Assembly (NCBI GenBank): GCA_030248215.1
Contig: JASANG010000273.1
Span: forward strand, 186,001-250,000
Origin: Enoplolaimus lenunculus
Taxonomy: Eukaryota
Direction: 5' to 3'
Length of the DNA: 64,000 bases
In this document: piece after piece, positions 1-12,818 of the stretch
Layout: every line of letters starts with the position of its first letter
How positions within the stretch are numbered: the stretch's first letter is position 1
Program-made: the position numbers and the translations under genes
Notes under the pieces: generated by a model
What the model saw: the letters and a program-made list of their open reading frames with translations, nothing else
What the model was told of the DNA's origin: nothing
The model's database searches: none

Positions 1-3000
1 GGTCAACCATAGAATTTAGCGCAAAAATTATTCAGCTAAAAATTAATTTTCAGGGTGCGGTAAGAAAAAACTCTTGTCATACGAAATTAGGGCCGTAAAA
101 AGATTGTGTGAGATGCTGCTGGAAATGTAGACGCTAGCACATAATTGACGATGAAACTAGGTTTATTTACCCAATAAGCATGGGCGGTGCCGAGCGTTAC
201 CAGGTTCTCCCATCTTAAGCTTAACATTGGGCCTGCCTTTTAGATTGAAAAAGCAGGTTCAAATCAGCGGTGGATCCCGAAATTTCTGACCGGGGTTTTG
301 GGTGTGCAAAAGGTATGAAACATAATTTTTACTGCATACTATATATGTGAAAATTTTCTGAGGCAAAATCGAAAGGTAACAAGGACCTTACCATTTTATC
401 ACAAAAAGTTTTCTGATTGAGGGGGGTGTGCGCCCCCCTGTGAATCCGCTGAACAGGCCAGTAACAGTGGTATAAGCATATTCCTAAGCCTAACCCTAAG
501 CGTAAAAATGAACTGACAATTAAGTATAAGTCACCACAAGAAATAGTCTAAAGCTTATACTCTATTGCAGTTCCGCAGAAAAACGTTCGGTCCCTGATCT
601 TTACATGGGCTCATTCTTGAAACCTGTGCTGAAAATCGAAACAAAATCACCAGCCATGATAGACAGATTAATATAAATAGAACTGTACCCAGGACCTACA
701 ATAAGGATCGGGAATATGTTACGGGTATGAAACTTAAGTATGGTAATATAAGTTTTAAAATTTTTGACCGATGCTTACATGACAAACCGGAAGATTCAAG
801 CCAGATTTGAAAATCTGCGCAAAGACGCTTCTGAGGGGTTTAGGGAGCACACCACCCCTTACAATTTTTGTCCATGGATTTTAAATGGTTTTCGTGGTGG
901 TAACATAGGAAATCTTGTTCAGAATTTTTAGACAACGTAAATCATCTTTTGCAAAATCTTGGCTACGCTCATGAATTTAAGCCTAAGCGTAACAACTAAG
1001 ACTATAAGTAGTCTAAGCCAAAATATAAGCCTAAGCCTATGTCTAAGCGAACGCCCAAAGCCCTAATACAACTTTGTTCAAACTTCTAAATACCAAGAAA
1101 CGAAAAAAATCCTTTTCGTCTATAACCTGATTTCGTGTGTATATTTTACTTTGAATCCCACTCTGGACCGAAATTCAATTTATCATTCAAAAAACCCGAA
1201 AAGCTTTGACAACCGCGCATCGCGGCGGCTTTCCCTACTCTCCCTCTTACAGTCATTTGTCACACTTGACTGTTGCTGACAATTGTCATTGTGGCCAGGA
1301 GGCATACTATACAAGCGAAACTGATTTGGGACAGAATTGCACGCTAATACCAGGAAGCCGCGGGTTAACGCGGAACGGGTAAGAACATTTGGACGCGGGT
1401 ATACAAGCGGGTAAACAATTTCAAAGCGCGGATAAATATTTTTGGTTATTTACCCCCCTAAAATTTTCATACAAAATTTGAAACCAGATAATGTAGAAAA
1501 ACTTTAATTTTAAACCGTTTTTAACGTACGAGTGTAAAATGGGTAGCGAGTAACATCAGTGCACTGTAAAATTACGCAATTGTATTGAAGCAGAAATAAA
1601 AACAAGGTCGCGTAAAGGTGGGTAACGATAAAGAAATTTAGCGCGGGTGCGGGTAAAAATGAATGGTCGCAGCTAATTCTAATTTCTATATAAGGTAACC
1701 CTTCATGAATGAACTAAGGGCTGCACCACGGATTTTACCATCATTCAAACTCAAGTCTCGGGTACAGGACAGATATACCGGCTTAAATTTTAAGAATGTA
1801 AAAAAATAGATTTGTAGATAAAAAATTCACACTCGCTCCGCTTGATCACCAATCCTGTTGTGTGAGTTATCGCATTTCGAAATGAAATCCTTGAAACACC
1901 ACCGTCGCATATCTAACCATAGGCTACTGATGTCCCTATACGCCGACGCGTTTTAAGCATCGCGGGTGCCATTTCAACTTTTAAAACAAATCACATGGCT
2001 AGTAAAAAATAACCACCACTGCCTGTTCTGGCTCTGTATAAAGTGAACTTTGAAAATCGAACCAGTGGTACTTTAACAAAAGTTTTTTAGTCTTTCCAAG
2101 ACATATGTATTATTATACATATATACATATATAACACAAATTTCATATGAATCTCCAAAAATATATTCTATTGTCATTTAGTGTCTTATTTTACTTCGTA
2201 GGCCGGATTTCATTTTGTAAATGAATACATCGTGTGAAAGTTTTCGCAAGCGAGCGTAGCGAATGAGAAAATTTAATTTTGGAATATACGATGCAGCGGA
2301 TTCTTTTATATCTTGAAAAGTGTCATTTTCTAGTGTCTTCAAAAATTTCGAACGGGATATCCACCCGCTGTTCGTTTCGGTATACGTCCAAGTAGCAGTG
2401 CACTTTAAGGCAAAACGTACCCACCCATCGTCTATCACGAGACATATCTATCGTGGTTTCTGGATTAATGTTGACATATAGGCAGCAAGGGACCGTATAG
2501 AAACGTATATATTCCTCGTAAGCCACTGAATGCCCATAAGACTTTATTCAATAAGACAAATAGCTTTTAGAAACGGTTTTTCGGAAGCTAACACAAGATT
2601 AGAATAGCGGGGATATATGCCTACCGAAATTCCAAAGAACGATAAAAAAATAATAGGGTATAGAATTTACTTACAACCTTCCAGAGGTCAAAAATATTGT
2701 ATTCGTTACGTTTGCTTGCAAAAATCCTTACTGAAAATTATACGCTATAAAAATGACAATATTCATTTACCGGATACCTTTGAACCGGAACCGGATGGCG
2801 GACTATTCGAAATATTTGGCCGTCGTAGAAGCATAAGTAGACTGAATTAAAATTGTTGCTGGCTTGCATTTTTCATTTTTACTTCATCGGCGTCAAAACT
2901 GTAAATATTTGGTTCTGTTATGTTCATATTAAACAGCGGAACCGGACACGGATACCAGTTTTTATCTGGTATTAAACCGGAACCAAATATCCGGTCGATC

Positions 3001-4276
3001 CCTGCTTCTCACAACTTGCATACCTTCTGTAATACTTGATTGAGGGGCTTCGAAGTTTGTAACGAGTAGCTTTGTAAACAGCTGTTTAGCTCCAGATGAT
3101 AACACTATGAGCATTTATACAAACAATTTGCACGGCAAAATCACTGTTGTAACTATACGTTCTGCACCACACCCGTGCGAAGTTTTGTCCAAAACCTTTA
3201 TTCAACTTTTACACCGTTTTACGTTGAAAAGTTCAACTGAGTAAAAGCAAACAGCTTCGATGGGTCGGCTCAAAACAGGGACAATTTTAAAGACGGAATG
3301 ACTCTTCGAAATGATGCATAAAGCGGTTACAGGAAGGCTTAAAATTATGATTGAACGCTATTCAAAGTTTTCGGCTTTTCAACCAAACCAATGTTTGAGA
3401 TTTTATACCAAAGATAGCCATTTAAAATTAATCATTGGGGATTCGGTATGTAATCATCGTACAATTTTTACCTAGTAATTTTTGGTTGAGTAGGGCAAAT
3501 TGGTTTAACATATATAGTCACAGAGGAGCAGCCAGGGGAGGCAAGGGGGCCGTGGCTTCCAAATGGTTTTAGAAAAATTTCATTTTTGAATTATTTGAAA
3601 CTATGATCTTTTGTGTACATTTCATTCTCATACACTGGTTGTTGGTGCTAGTCCATTCTAAACCGATATTGCTTCTGTGGTATATGTACCAAAATTTATT
3701 TCCTCACGTGTTGTTCTGTGTCTAACTGTATGTACAGGAACTTTTTTGTACGGCACGTAGCCAAGGGGGGGCTGAGCCCTCTATAAAAATTTTGGCCCCC
3801 TAAAAATTTTCAACCCTGCTTGCAAGTCACAAAAACCCTTGAATGCCCCTCCTGAAATATTTTTAGCCTCCCCCTAGCAAGGTGAAATGGCTACGGGCCT
3901 GTCCTGACTACCCTACTGATCACACGACGAGCTAGTTGAGATTCACTGAACATATGTAGGGCATATCAGACCAGTTGGAATCGAGTGGTTTTTTCACGAG
4001 TAACAGAAATACAAAAACCGATCTTAAAATGACAGAAAATTCAAAAAATTCAAAAAATATCGCACAAAGAAATGCGCCGTAATTTTTAAATGTTTTTAAT
4101 TTGCGACAAAGTTTCGTTTATTTTTCATTCTCTCTAAAAAGAGCAACTCCTTGCGTTGTTTAGAAAACTTGTCTCTCTGATAAATTTCGAAGTTCAAAGC
4201 CACATTTTTCAGGTAAATAAACAATTTAATGTCTAGAGCCATATTCTCAACTGTGTATAACACCTAATCATCAAAT

Positions 4277-4481
4277 TGGTATCACGACAATCTGTCACCC
4301 GGCAACTCGTCGACCGGCAACTTGTAATCCGAAATTTCATCGATTAATTCGTCGCCTATCGTTATGCTTAGACTTAGCCTTAGGCTCAACGTAATGCTTA
4401 GAATTATACTTCGATTTTTTAATAGGCTTTATGACACTGTTGGGTGACAAGTTGTCGAGCGACGAATTGTCGTATGTTCCA
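4277..4481. mobile_element. MITE family D (internal CGACAAYTYGTCG repeats)
   Basis: Inverted arrays of GACAANTYGTC at both ends. An inverted second copy lies at about 45379-45586. Confidence 0.7.
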
Positions 4482-5726
4482 TAATGAGAGTGCGCGTGCA
4501 GCTCAAAACAAAGGTTTTCAAAACCAAATAATCCAATCAAAGCCGCTCGGTATAAAAATAATCTAACGCGCAATAGAGATAAAATATATATTTACGCTTA
4601 CTTCGAGTACTTTTACAAGTCATATTTTGAAGTTTGTCACATAGATCAATATGTCAAAGCTAAAGTAGTCATTCGTGTAATGGGGACGGTGATGGACGGA
4701 TGGATGGCGCCGAACGACCAGGGCCCGTAGCCAGCTCATCTTGCTAAGGGGTGCTAAAAAATTTTCAGGACGGACATATAAGGGTTTTCGTTGCCAACCA
4801 GGGGTGAAAATTTTCTATGGGGGCCAAAATTCGTTCGGGGAGGGGCTGCCGAACATAAGTATAGCGCCGCTCTAAAGCCTTAAATACGGGAAAAAGGTGT
4901 ACAAGAGCTTTTTAAAATCTTTGTCAACGGTGTAGCCACAGTTTTAGGACATCGCTTCGTTGACCGTTTTTGTAGCTACGTCAAACCGTGGCTACAACGC
5001 TGATGACGAATTTGAAAAACAAAGTCTTTCAACGAAGCCGGGCACGTAGCCAAGATGGAGGAGGGCAGGGGGCTCTGCCTCTTGGAAAATTTTGGCTCCC
5101 CTATAATATTTTCAACCTTGCTTGTAAGTCACTAAAAACCTTTAAATTCTCCTCCTGAAACATTTTTTAGCCCCCACCCCTATCAAGGTTGGCTGGCTAC
5201 GGGCCAGAATGAAGATATGGACAGTGTTTCTTTGAATTTTGTTAAAAAACCAATGAGATCATAGAAGTTCGCACACAAGCCAAGCTACTTTATTGACAGT
5301 TCGGGTGTAAAATTTGGAGAGAAAACATAAAACTGCTTTGTGTTCCCTTAAAAAACACACACAACCGTAACACAACAAAACTTCTTCGATGGGTGCACGC
5401 GAGTTTTTTATCGCAAATTTGTGTCTTTTAAATGTGATGACGTCAAAACCAGGGCCCGCATAGCCAGCTTCAAATGCTATGAGGTACGCTGCGTAATTTT
5501 CCGAAGGGACATGCAAGGTCATGACCGCTAGCGGATCTAGAGGGGGTGGGTGGCCCCAGCCCCCCCCCGTCAAATATTTTTTGTGATGAAATGGTAAGGT
5601 GCCTGCCTGCCTTACACTTTCCCCTCATCAGAAAATTTTCTGATATAACCAAACGTAATTTTGGAAACCTGACTGAAATGTGAGCACACACCATTTCATT
5701 TGGGTATACGGAAGACGCTAAGCAGA

Positions 5727-5936
5727 CACTAGCGGATCCAGAGGGGTGTGGGGAGGGCAGTACACCCCAACGGAAAAAATTTTGTGATGAAATGGTAAGG
5801 TCCTTCCTACCTTACAATTTTACCCTCGGAAAATTAGCACATTTATTGCAAACAGTAATAATTGCATACAGTATAAATTGTGTCTCATAACTTTTGCCAG
5901 CCCGCTCCACGTCACAAGTTTTCGAATCAGCCGCTG
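5727..5936 (+). mobile_element. MITE family B (CAGYGGCGGATCCAG...CTGGATCCGCCRCTG ends; probably hAT)
   Basis: Shared ends, and in several copies a shared body, at about 265-452, 5525-5690, 6614-6792, 14260-14433, 17368-17482, 44547-44746, 58608-58874 and 61000-61185. Confidence 0.7.
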
Positions 5937-6831
5937 GTCATAACTTGCAAGCGTAGTTGAAATTTTCTAGAAGGAGGCAAAATTTTTGTGTGAGTAGTGA
6001 GGAGCGACCCGATTGCTCGTTTCCCCTCTGGCTACGGTCTGAATCAAAACAAGATATATAATGGCTGTTGAAAATGGCTGTATGGATGTATAAATCCTAA
6101 CTTGAAATTAGATCTCAGGTGAAATAGAAAAAATTTACGTAAGAAATAACTTCCAATTATAAACAGTCTGTAACCTTTTTCCACACGAACAACACATGAG
6201 CACTGTATAGCAAAACAATGCAGTATTTGCAGTGTTGAACAATTAATACCCGTCGTATGTGTAGTACAAAATCTCCAACAAGACGTGAGAGCTCTCTCTC
6301 GGGTTAAATCGTCAACCATTTATAGTCACACGGTCATGACCAGCGTCATCGATCGGAGAGAGTCAATGATTCGCGTTCGAATCGAGACTAAATCTCAGAT
6401 GAAATAGAAAATATTCATATCGGAAATGGTTTAGCCTCCAGATCAAAATCTTACAATTAACAGCCTTGTTAAACAAATATTACAAAATAATTTGTTGCAA
6501 TTAAATCATGAACTTCAAGCAAAACGTATAACTGAATGACCCCGTAACACTATTAAGCAATATTTTTGCTACATACCTTATACCTACCCATAAACAAGAT
6601 TGGTGAATACAGACACTAGCAGATCCAGACGGGGCGTAAGCCCCTCGTCAGAAAATTTTCTGTCATAAAATAGGTCTCTAACTAACAATTTTCTCCTTCA
6701 CAAAATTGGCACATACATAGCATACAGTAAAAATTGCGTTTAATAACTTTTGCCAGGCCATAGCCATAGGAATTTTTTTAGATCCGCCGCTGAATCCAAC
6801 TGGGTACAGAGATGCTTTAAGTTTCACATAC

Positions 6832-6973
6832 CTGCCGGCGCCGATGCCTTGGGGTTTTTCGTAAACTCATTAGCTTGCAGATTGGATATAGTTTGACATT
6901 TAGCGTAAAGACTCTCGTGGGTACGGGTCGATTGGCAATAGGCACGTAATTCTTTTAAAAAATATTGACGGCG
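6832..6973 (-). CDS. Candidate exon (RRQYFLKELRAYCQ...KASAPA)
   Basis: TTAG acceptor, CAG|GTATGT donor and an open frame. Product unknown. Confidence 0.25.
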
Positions 6974-7531
6974 CTAAGTTGACTTATAATGTGAAGTATG
7001 TGCCGTGCAAAAGCTCCGAGGTCAAGATTTCGAGTTATCTTTAAAGGCCATCAAAAGTTATTGCTAACAGAGTAAGTTTACTGGACCAATTAACTGAACG
7101 CAATGCTACAAAAACGTAGAATAGTTTAATAGGGTAGTTGTTAAAGTGTTAAAACTGCATCGGTGTGAAATATTAAAGTTTGTCACATAAACACTTTGCG
7201 TACCTTAAGCCACGGAAGGAAAAATTGTAAAGTACGTTCTGATATCTGAATGCAACCTAGTATTAGATTTTAATTATTAATTATCCTGCTCCGGCTCATT
7301 CAGTTTTTGGTTTCCGGTCGCACTCAGATATATAACGAAATTCGTAATTATATTTAAAACTTTGAAAAACCAACCAGGTTGTGTGGTACCGTATTACACT
7401 TTTTTGAGTAGATTGTGGAGAAAATTACCGGGGGGATGGGGGTAACTCAGACCCAAATCATATTATTTTGTGGCGAAACCAGGCGAGAAAGCAATAAATT
7501 CGAAAAGATTATTTCGTTATTCTCGGTTAAC

Positions 7532-7754
7532 GGGATTTAATTTATTAAAGGTAGAAAGATTTTTAATGGTATTTTGAGAATTTTTTCGGTGTTTTTTGCT
7601 TTATAGGGATTTAATTTATTAAAGGTAGAAAGATTTTTAATGGTATTTTGAGAATTTTTTCGGTGTTTTTTGCTTTATAGGGATTTAATTTATTAAAGGT
7701 AGAAAGATTTTTAATGGTAATTTGAGAAAATTTTTCGGTGCTTTTTGCTTCATA
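7532..7754 (+). repeat. Tandem repeat, ~74-bp unit x3
   Basis: GGGATTTAATTTATTAAAGGTAGAAAGATTTTTAATGGTA...TTTTTGCTT occurs three times. Confidence 0.95.
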
Positions 7755-9778
7755 TACCATAGAGGCTACAGATATATCGCTATAGCGAGCAAAATATATT
7801 GTTTACCAGCATGGCGAGCAAAAATAGGTGAATGCTCCTGTTGAACTCAATATGAGGTGGTACAATAATCAAGAACTGGCGTAATTTTCGGAAAAATATA
7901 GCCCGCCTCTCCCTATAAAATTTTCAACCTTGCGTGTAAATCAACGAAATCCCTAGTATGCTCCTTCTGAAAATTTTTAGCACGCTAGCAAGGTGAGCTG
8001 GCTACAGGCCTGTAATGAATACACATCCAAAAGACTGTTTACTAAAATTTGGCAATCTGAAACTTTGAGAGGGACGTCCTTAAGTGTGACCTCTATCTCC
8101 TTTTCTGTGGAGGCGGGTCTGAGGGCGCTGAGCAAGGCACCTTCTTATAAAGTACAAATTACTTGGTCCAAATTTCTAATTGAAAATAAACATGGGGTTC
8201 GACTGATAAACCTCTTTGTCTACAACTCTGATTTTCAGTACATAATAATGTTTAAACTGCAACCATCATAAAGAAGTTATAATACCTCTAAGCGCAAAGA
8301 TTACGTCTAAAGTTCGAGCCTACTCTTTTGGTGGTCTGTGAGAGAACCAGTCCCGTAACCAAGTGGCTGGCAGGAGTGGCTCAGCATCCCCTGGATGGAA
8401 AAAATTTTGCCCTTCCTAGACAATTCTGTAACATTGCTAGTAAGTCAACGAAAACCCTTGTATGCCCGTCCTCAAAAATTTACAGCCACCTAGCAAGGTG
8501 AGCTGATTACGGTTTGGGGGAGAATAGAACACCCGAAACTGAGGCCGGTTTGCCAATATCAGCCCGGGAAGGTAATAAGATATGCATAGTTAGTTCGAAC
8601 TGCGAAATGCCAAACTCGAACAAAAGACTGTTTCTTTTGATTAAACAAAAAACACATTGTGTTTAAACTAAATATTAATTAAATTCCAATAACCAAAAAG
8701 TCTTAGCTCAACGCTGAACGAGCTGAGCTAAGACTGGAATCAGTAGGTTGTCGGAATGGGCTAGTGCCTTCAAAGGGCCGATACAAAGTTCGGCCTACAG
8801 TGCATTATGCAGGGATGAAAATGTGACGATCTGAGGCGGCCAAATACCGGCCTGTCCCAGTAGTAAGTTTTCCTAGCCTTCATATGGGACCCCGCGTACA
8901 AAAACACGTCCTACCCCACCTGCCCCACGAAAATTGCAGTTACATAGCAATAAATTAGCAGCATTCGTGCGATTTTTATATGAGTTGCTATATTTTTATG
9001 CGATTAATCTGTTTTCTCACGACTTTAGTTGTTCAGTACAGTTTTAAGCTGAATTTATCAAGCAGCAGATCAGACAAATTCGATGAACGATGCAAAATTA
9101 AGATGTTCGGTCTGTCGAAAAAAATTAGCCTGCTTTCGAGGTAAAAATTTCAGAAACCGAGGGCAAATCATTTTCCGATTCATATTGCGTCAAATGGGAT
9201 GGCTCTGTCCCACCGCGCACGTCCCGCTCGCTAATTTCATCTCTAATCTATTTTCCGAAATTTCTCAGGAAATGATGTAAAAATCTATATATGTGAAATA
9301 CTTTTCCAAAACGAAAACCTGGCGCTGCTATCGAAAACGGTTATAGTATAAATTATTAGAATACTACTTTTGGCCCACGTTACTTTTAGGGCCGAACTTT
9401 TTTTCACCGGACTGTAATAGAGTAACCTTAAGCTTTAGACTATAATTTTTTGTTTAGGCTTAGGCTTATTTACAGACTTATTCTTACACTTAGGCTTAGT
9501 CTTTGGAATATGCATATACTAAGCTTGCAAAACATTACAAATGCATTTAGCTTCAATGTATATGCCCTCGCTGTCTTTGGATTAGCTGCAGTACCAACTT
9601 CACTGTAATAAATCTTACAGTCCCTAGTTTGTATATAGAACTGACGCAATAAGCACAAACATTAATTTAACTGTCACTTTCGATTTAGTCAAAATCAAGG
9701 ACGTACGGAGCCTAAATTAGACCGAATAGTTCTTAGAACGTGAACCGCCTACAGCTAAAACCTATTTCATATTCAACT

Positions 9779-9953
9779 CGGGCCCACAGCCAAGCGGGTG
9801 GGGCAAGGGGGCTCAGCCCCCGTGGAATATTTTTGCCCCTCCCCCTAGAAAATTTTCAAGCTTGCTTGTAAGTCAACAAAAACCCTTGTATGCCCTTCTT
9901 GAAATAATTTTAGCCCCCCCACCTTCTAGCAAGGTGAGCTGACTACGGTCCTG
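9779..9953 (+). mobile_element. hAT-type MITE family A copy
   Basis: TSD ATTCAACT/ATCCAACT and the family body. Confidence 0.85.
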
Positions 9954-10828
9954 ATCCAACTTCATATACGTGCGCAACACCAAGCATGTTGTGGTTTTAT
10001 AGACGAACCGAATCACAAAATATAACATAAATTCAAATATTACAAAATGAACGACAATTTTTTGCTCGTATTTTTAGAATTGTTCAATTTAGAACAAACG
10101 AGTAAATTTCTTGATACGTTTTTGTGCCGTAAATTACACAAGTTTTTCATTTTCTAAGCGAATTTGGCCATCTGACATTATTATCTATCCAAAATGTCCA
10201 AAAATATACGACGGGCGCAACTTAAAAATTTAACAACTAATTTGTAATACTTAAAAAAGTTATAGTAATGAATGTTTTTAACTTTACAGATTAAACGAAA
10301 CGTACCCACTATCGGCTTCTGTCGACATTGACCGCTGCCAAAACGAACTGATTTTAATCAGTGGGAGCATCATATGATTTTTAACTATGGACATTTTATG
10401 AAATTTTATAATTAAAACAGTTTAATTATTTAATTGGGATTCTACAATAAACGATTTAAAGACAACAAAAATATCCGTAACGCAATATTTTATCAAAAAC
10501 ACGATGGCTTTCGACACGTGCAAGTTCTTGCAGCTGCAAAAATTTCGTAAATATTTATGATGAAAAACTATGAGTTTTTGAAATTCAGCTTTACTTAAAT
10601 TAGCAAATGTAACATTTTATATAACCCCCATTCTGGTTCTGTGGCCATTTTCACGTACAGATCACTGCAAATGGTGTGTATCCAGAAGTTTCTGAAAGGG
10701 GGGAGAGATATAGTCGGGAAAACAAATCGCGAGCGACGCGAGCGAAAAGCCTGATTCCATTTCAATGCTAAATCTTAATACAAAATCTTGGTTTCGATCG
10801 AAGTTGGGAAATCAAACTTTAATGTTTC

Positions 10829-10916
10829 AAATATATATAAATATATATATATAAATATATATATAAATATATATTTATATATATATTTATATATATAAAT
10901 ATATATATATTTATAT
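10829..10916. repeat. (TA)n-rich microsatellite
   Basis: Directly visible. Confidence 0.9.
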
Positions 10917-11179
10917 TCGGTCTAAGGTTTTATAGCGGAAGGTACTTCTTTGATATGAAACAAAATTATACATTCGTTCTTGCTGCACTGGCACAAAATT
11001 GACATTTCTTTGTTTTTAGTTATGCACAAGTTAAGTAAATACTTAATTGATGTTTCGGAAACCCAGCCAATAACTTTTGGGACAATAATGTAGAATTGCA
11101 GATTCTGGGCCTGCGCTATAACAAGGAAGAAACTTGGAAGCAATGACTGACGGAGACGCCAGCATGAAGAAGTTAGGTT

Positions 11180-11345
11180 TAGGCCCGTAGCCAGCTCAGC
11201 TTGTTGGCGTGGGTGTGAACATTTTGTCAGGAGGGTCATTCAAATGGTTCCGATTACTTATAAGCAAGGTGAGACATTTTCTAGGAGAAGACCAAAATTG
11301 CTTAACGGGGGCTGAGCCCCCTGGCACCCTCTGGCTACGGACTCT
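11180..11345 (-). mobile_element. hAT-type MITE family A copy
   Basis: TSD GTTAGGTT/GTTAGGCT and the family body in reverse orientation. Confidence 0.85.
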
Positions 11346-12557
11346 GTTAGGCTGTGTTCCGCACGCTACAGAGGCAAGGTGGAACAAACCAGATTGACAA
11401 CATATGCCCTAAAATTTCAATGAACATCAAACAAAAAATAAACATATTACAATGATTTGAGTAAATGTTGTGCCTAAAATCTGTGCAGCCAGTTCTTCTT
11501 ACTGCCTGGGTTCCATTCAAACAGTTGCGGATCCAGAAATGTCTAAGCGTTGCGCTATACTTGACGTCCGGCGCCGTCCGTCACTGTGCGTCCAAAGTTT
11601 GGATTTGATCTCTGTTGGGGCCGATCCGTTACCCGTTACGGCATTCAAACTTATCTACAGTCGCATACATTCAGATGAAGTTTCTGATGGCGTGTGCTTT
11701 TTTCCACCCCCTTCCATCATGCGTGACATTTGTTTTGCATATTAACAATGTGTAATTCTCAGAGTTCAGAAACCAGGAATTCCTAGTAGGGGGGTGCCAA
11801 ATTTTTAATGCAGTTGCAAAAATTCTGGCAGGAAGGGTAGCGCCCCGCTTCGTCCCCATTAGCCGTAGTCGCAGGCCTGACAGGATACTCACCGCCTTTT
11901 ATAAATTATGAATGAAAAAAATAAACAAATTTTATATAATCTCAGAAAATGAAAAAAAAACTAAGTAGACTGTCAAACGATATTACTCGCTATCTCAATT
12001 GATGCAGATATCTGCTCCTTAAACTTATTCTGCGAAAGGTCACAGTTCGTTTCAACTGCACTTTCATCCTTGGACGGCTTGACACTTTTAGTGACAGACT
12101 TTAACCTTAAAACTATTTTAGTTTCGTTCCTGTCTATCATGTTTTAGATCGTTTGAAAGTTTCAAGATCTAAAATCAAAAATGTATACTTGAATGCACAT
12201 GCGTTAGAACGAATGCCACAAGGGATAGAGAATAGCGGGTCCGTAGCCAAGGGGGGTCTGGTGTGGCTCAAATCCGTGGCAAACTTTTGCCCCCCAGAAA
12301 GTTTTAAACCTTGCTTGCAAGTCAACGGTAACGTTTGTATGCCCTCCTTAACAACATTTAGCCCCCTATCAAGGTGACCTGGCTACAGGACTGCCGAGAT
12401 TTTGTCAACGTTTGACAGCTAGAATCTGTAAACTTTATTCTTAAGCCGATTAAAACCTGCTGTTTTCTACCCTCTGAAAAAACTTTGTGAGGAGATATAT
12501 TTCATGTATCCCTCCGGACCCGTCCGTACCTGAGTAAGACCATGAGGGCTACATGGA

Positions 12558-12818
12558 AAAATTTTAGCCCACCCTAGCAAAATTTTAGCCCACCCTAGCA
12601 ATATTTTAGCCCACCCTAGCAAAATTTTAGCCCACCCTAGCAAAATTTTAGCCTACCCTAGCAAAATTTTAGCCCACCCTAGCAAAATTTTAGCCCACCC
12701 TAGCAAAATTTTAGCCCACCCTAGCAAAATTTTAGCCCACCCTAGCAAAATTTTAGCCCACCCTAGCAAAATTTTAGCCCACCCTAGCAAAATTTTAGCC
12801 CACCCTAGCAAAATTTTA
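12558..12818 (+). repeat. Minisatellite, 21-bp unit AAAATTTTAGCCCACCCTAGC x ~12.4
   Basis: Directly visible; units are near-identical. Confidence 0.97.
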
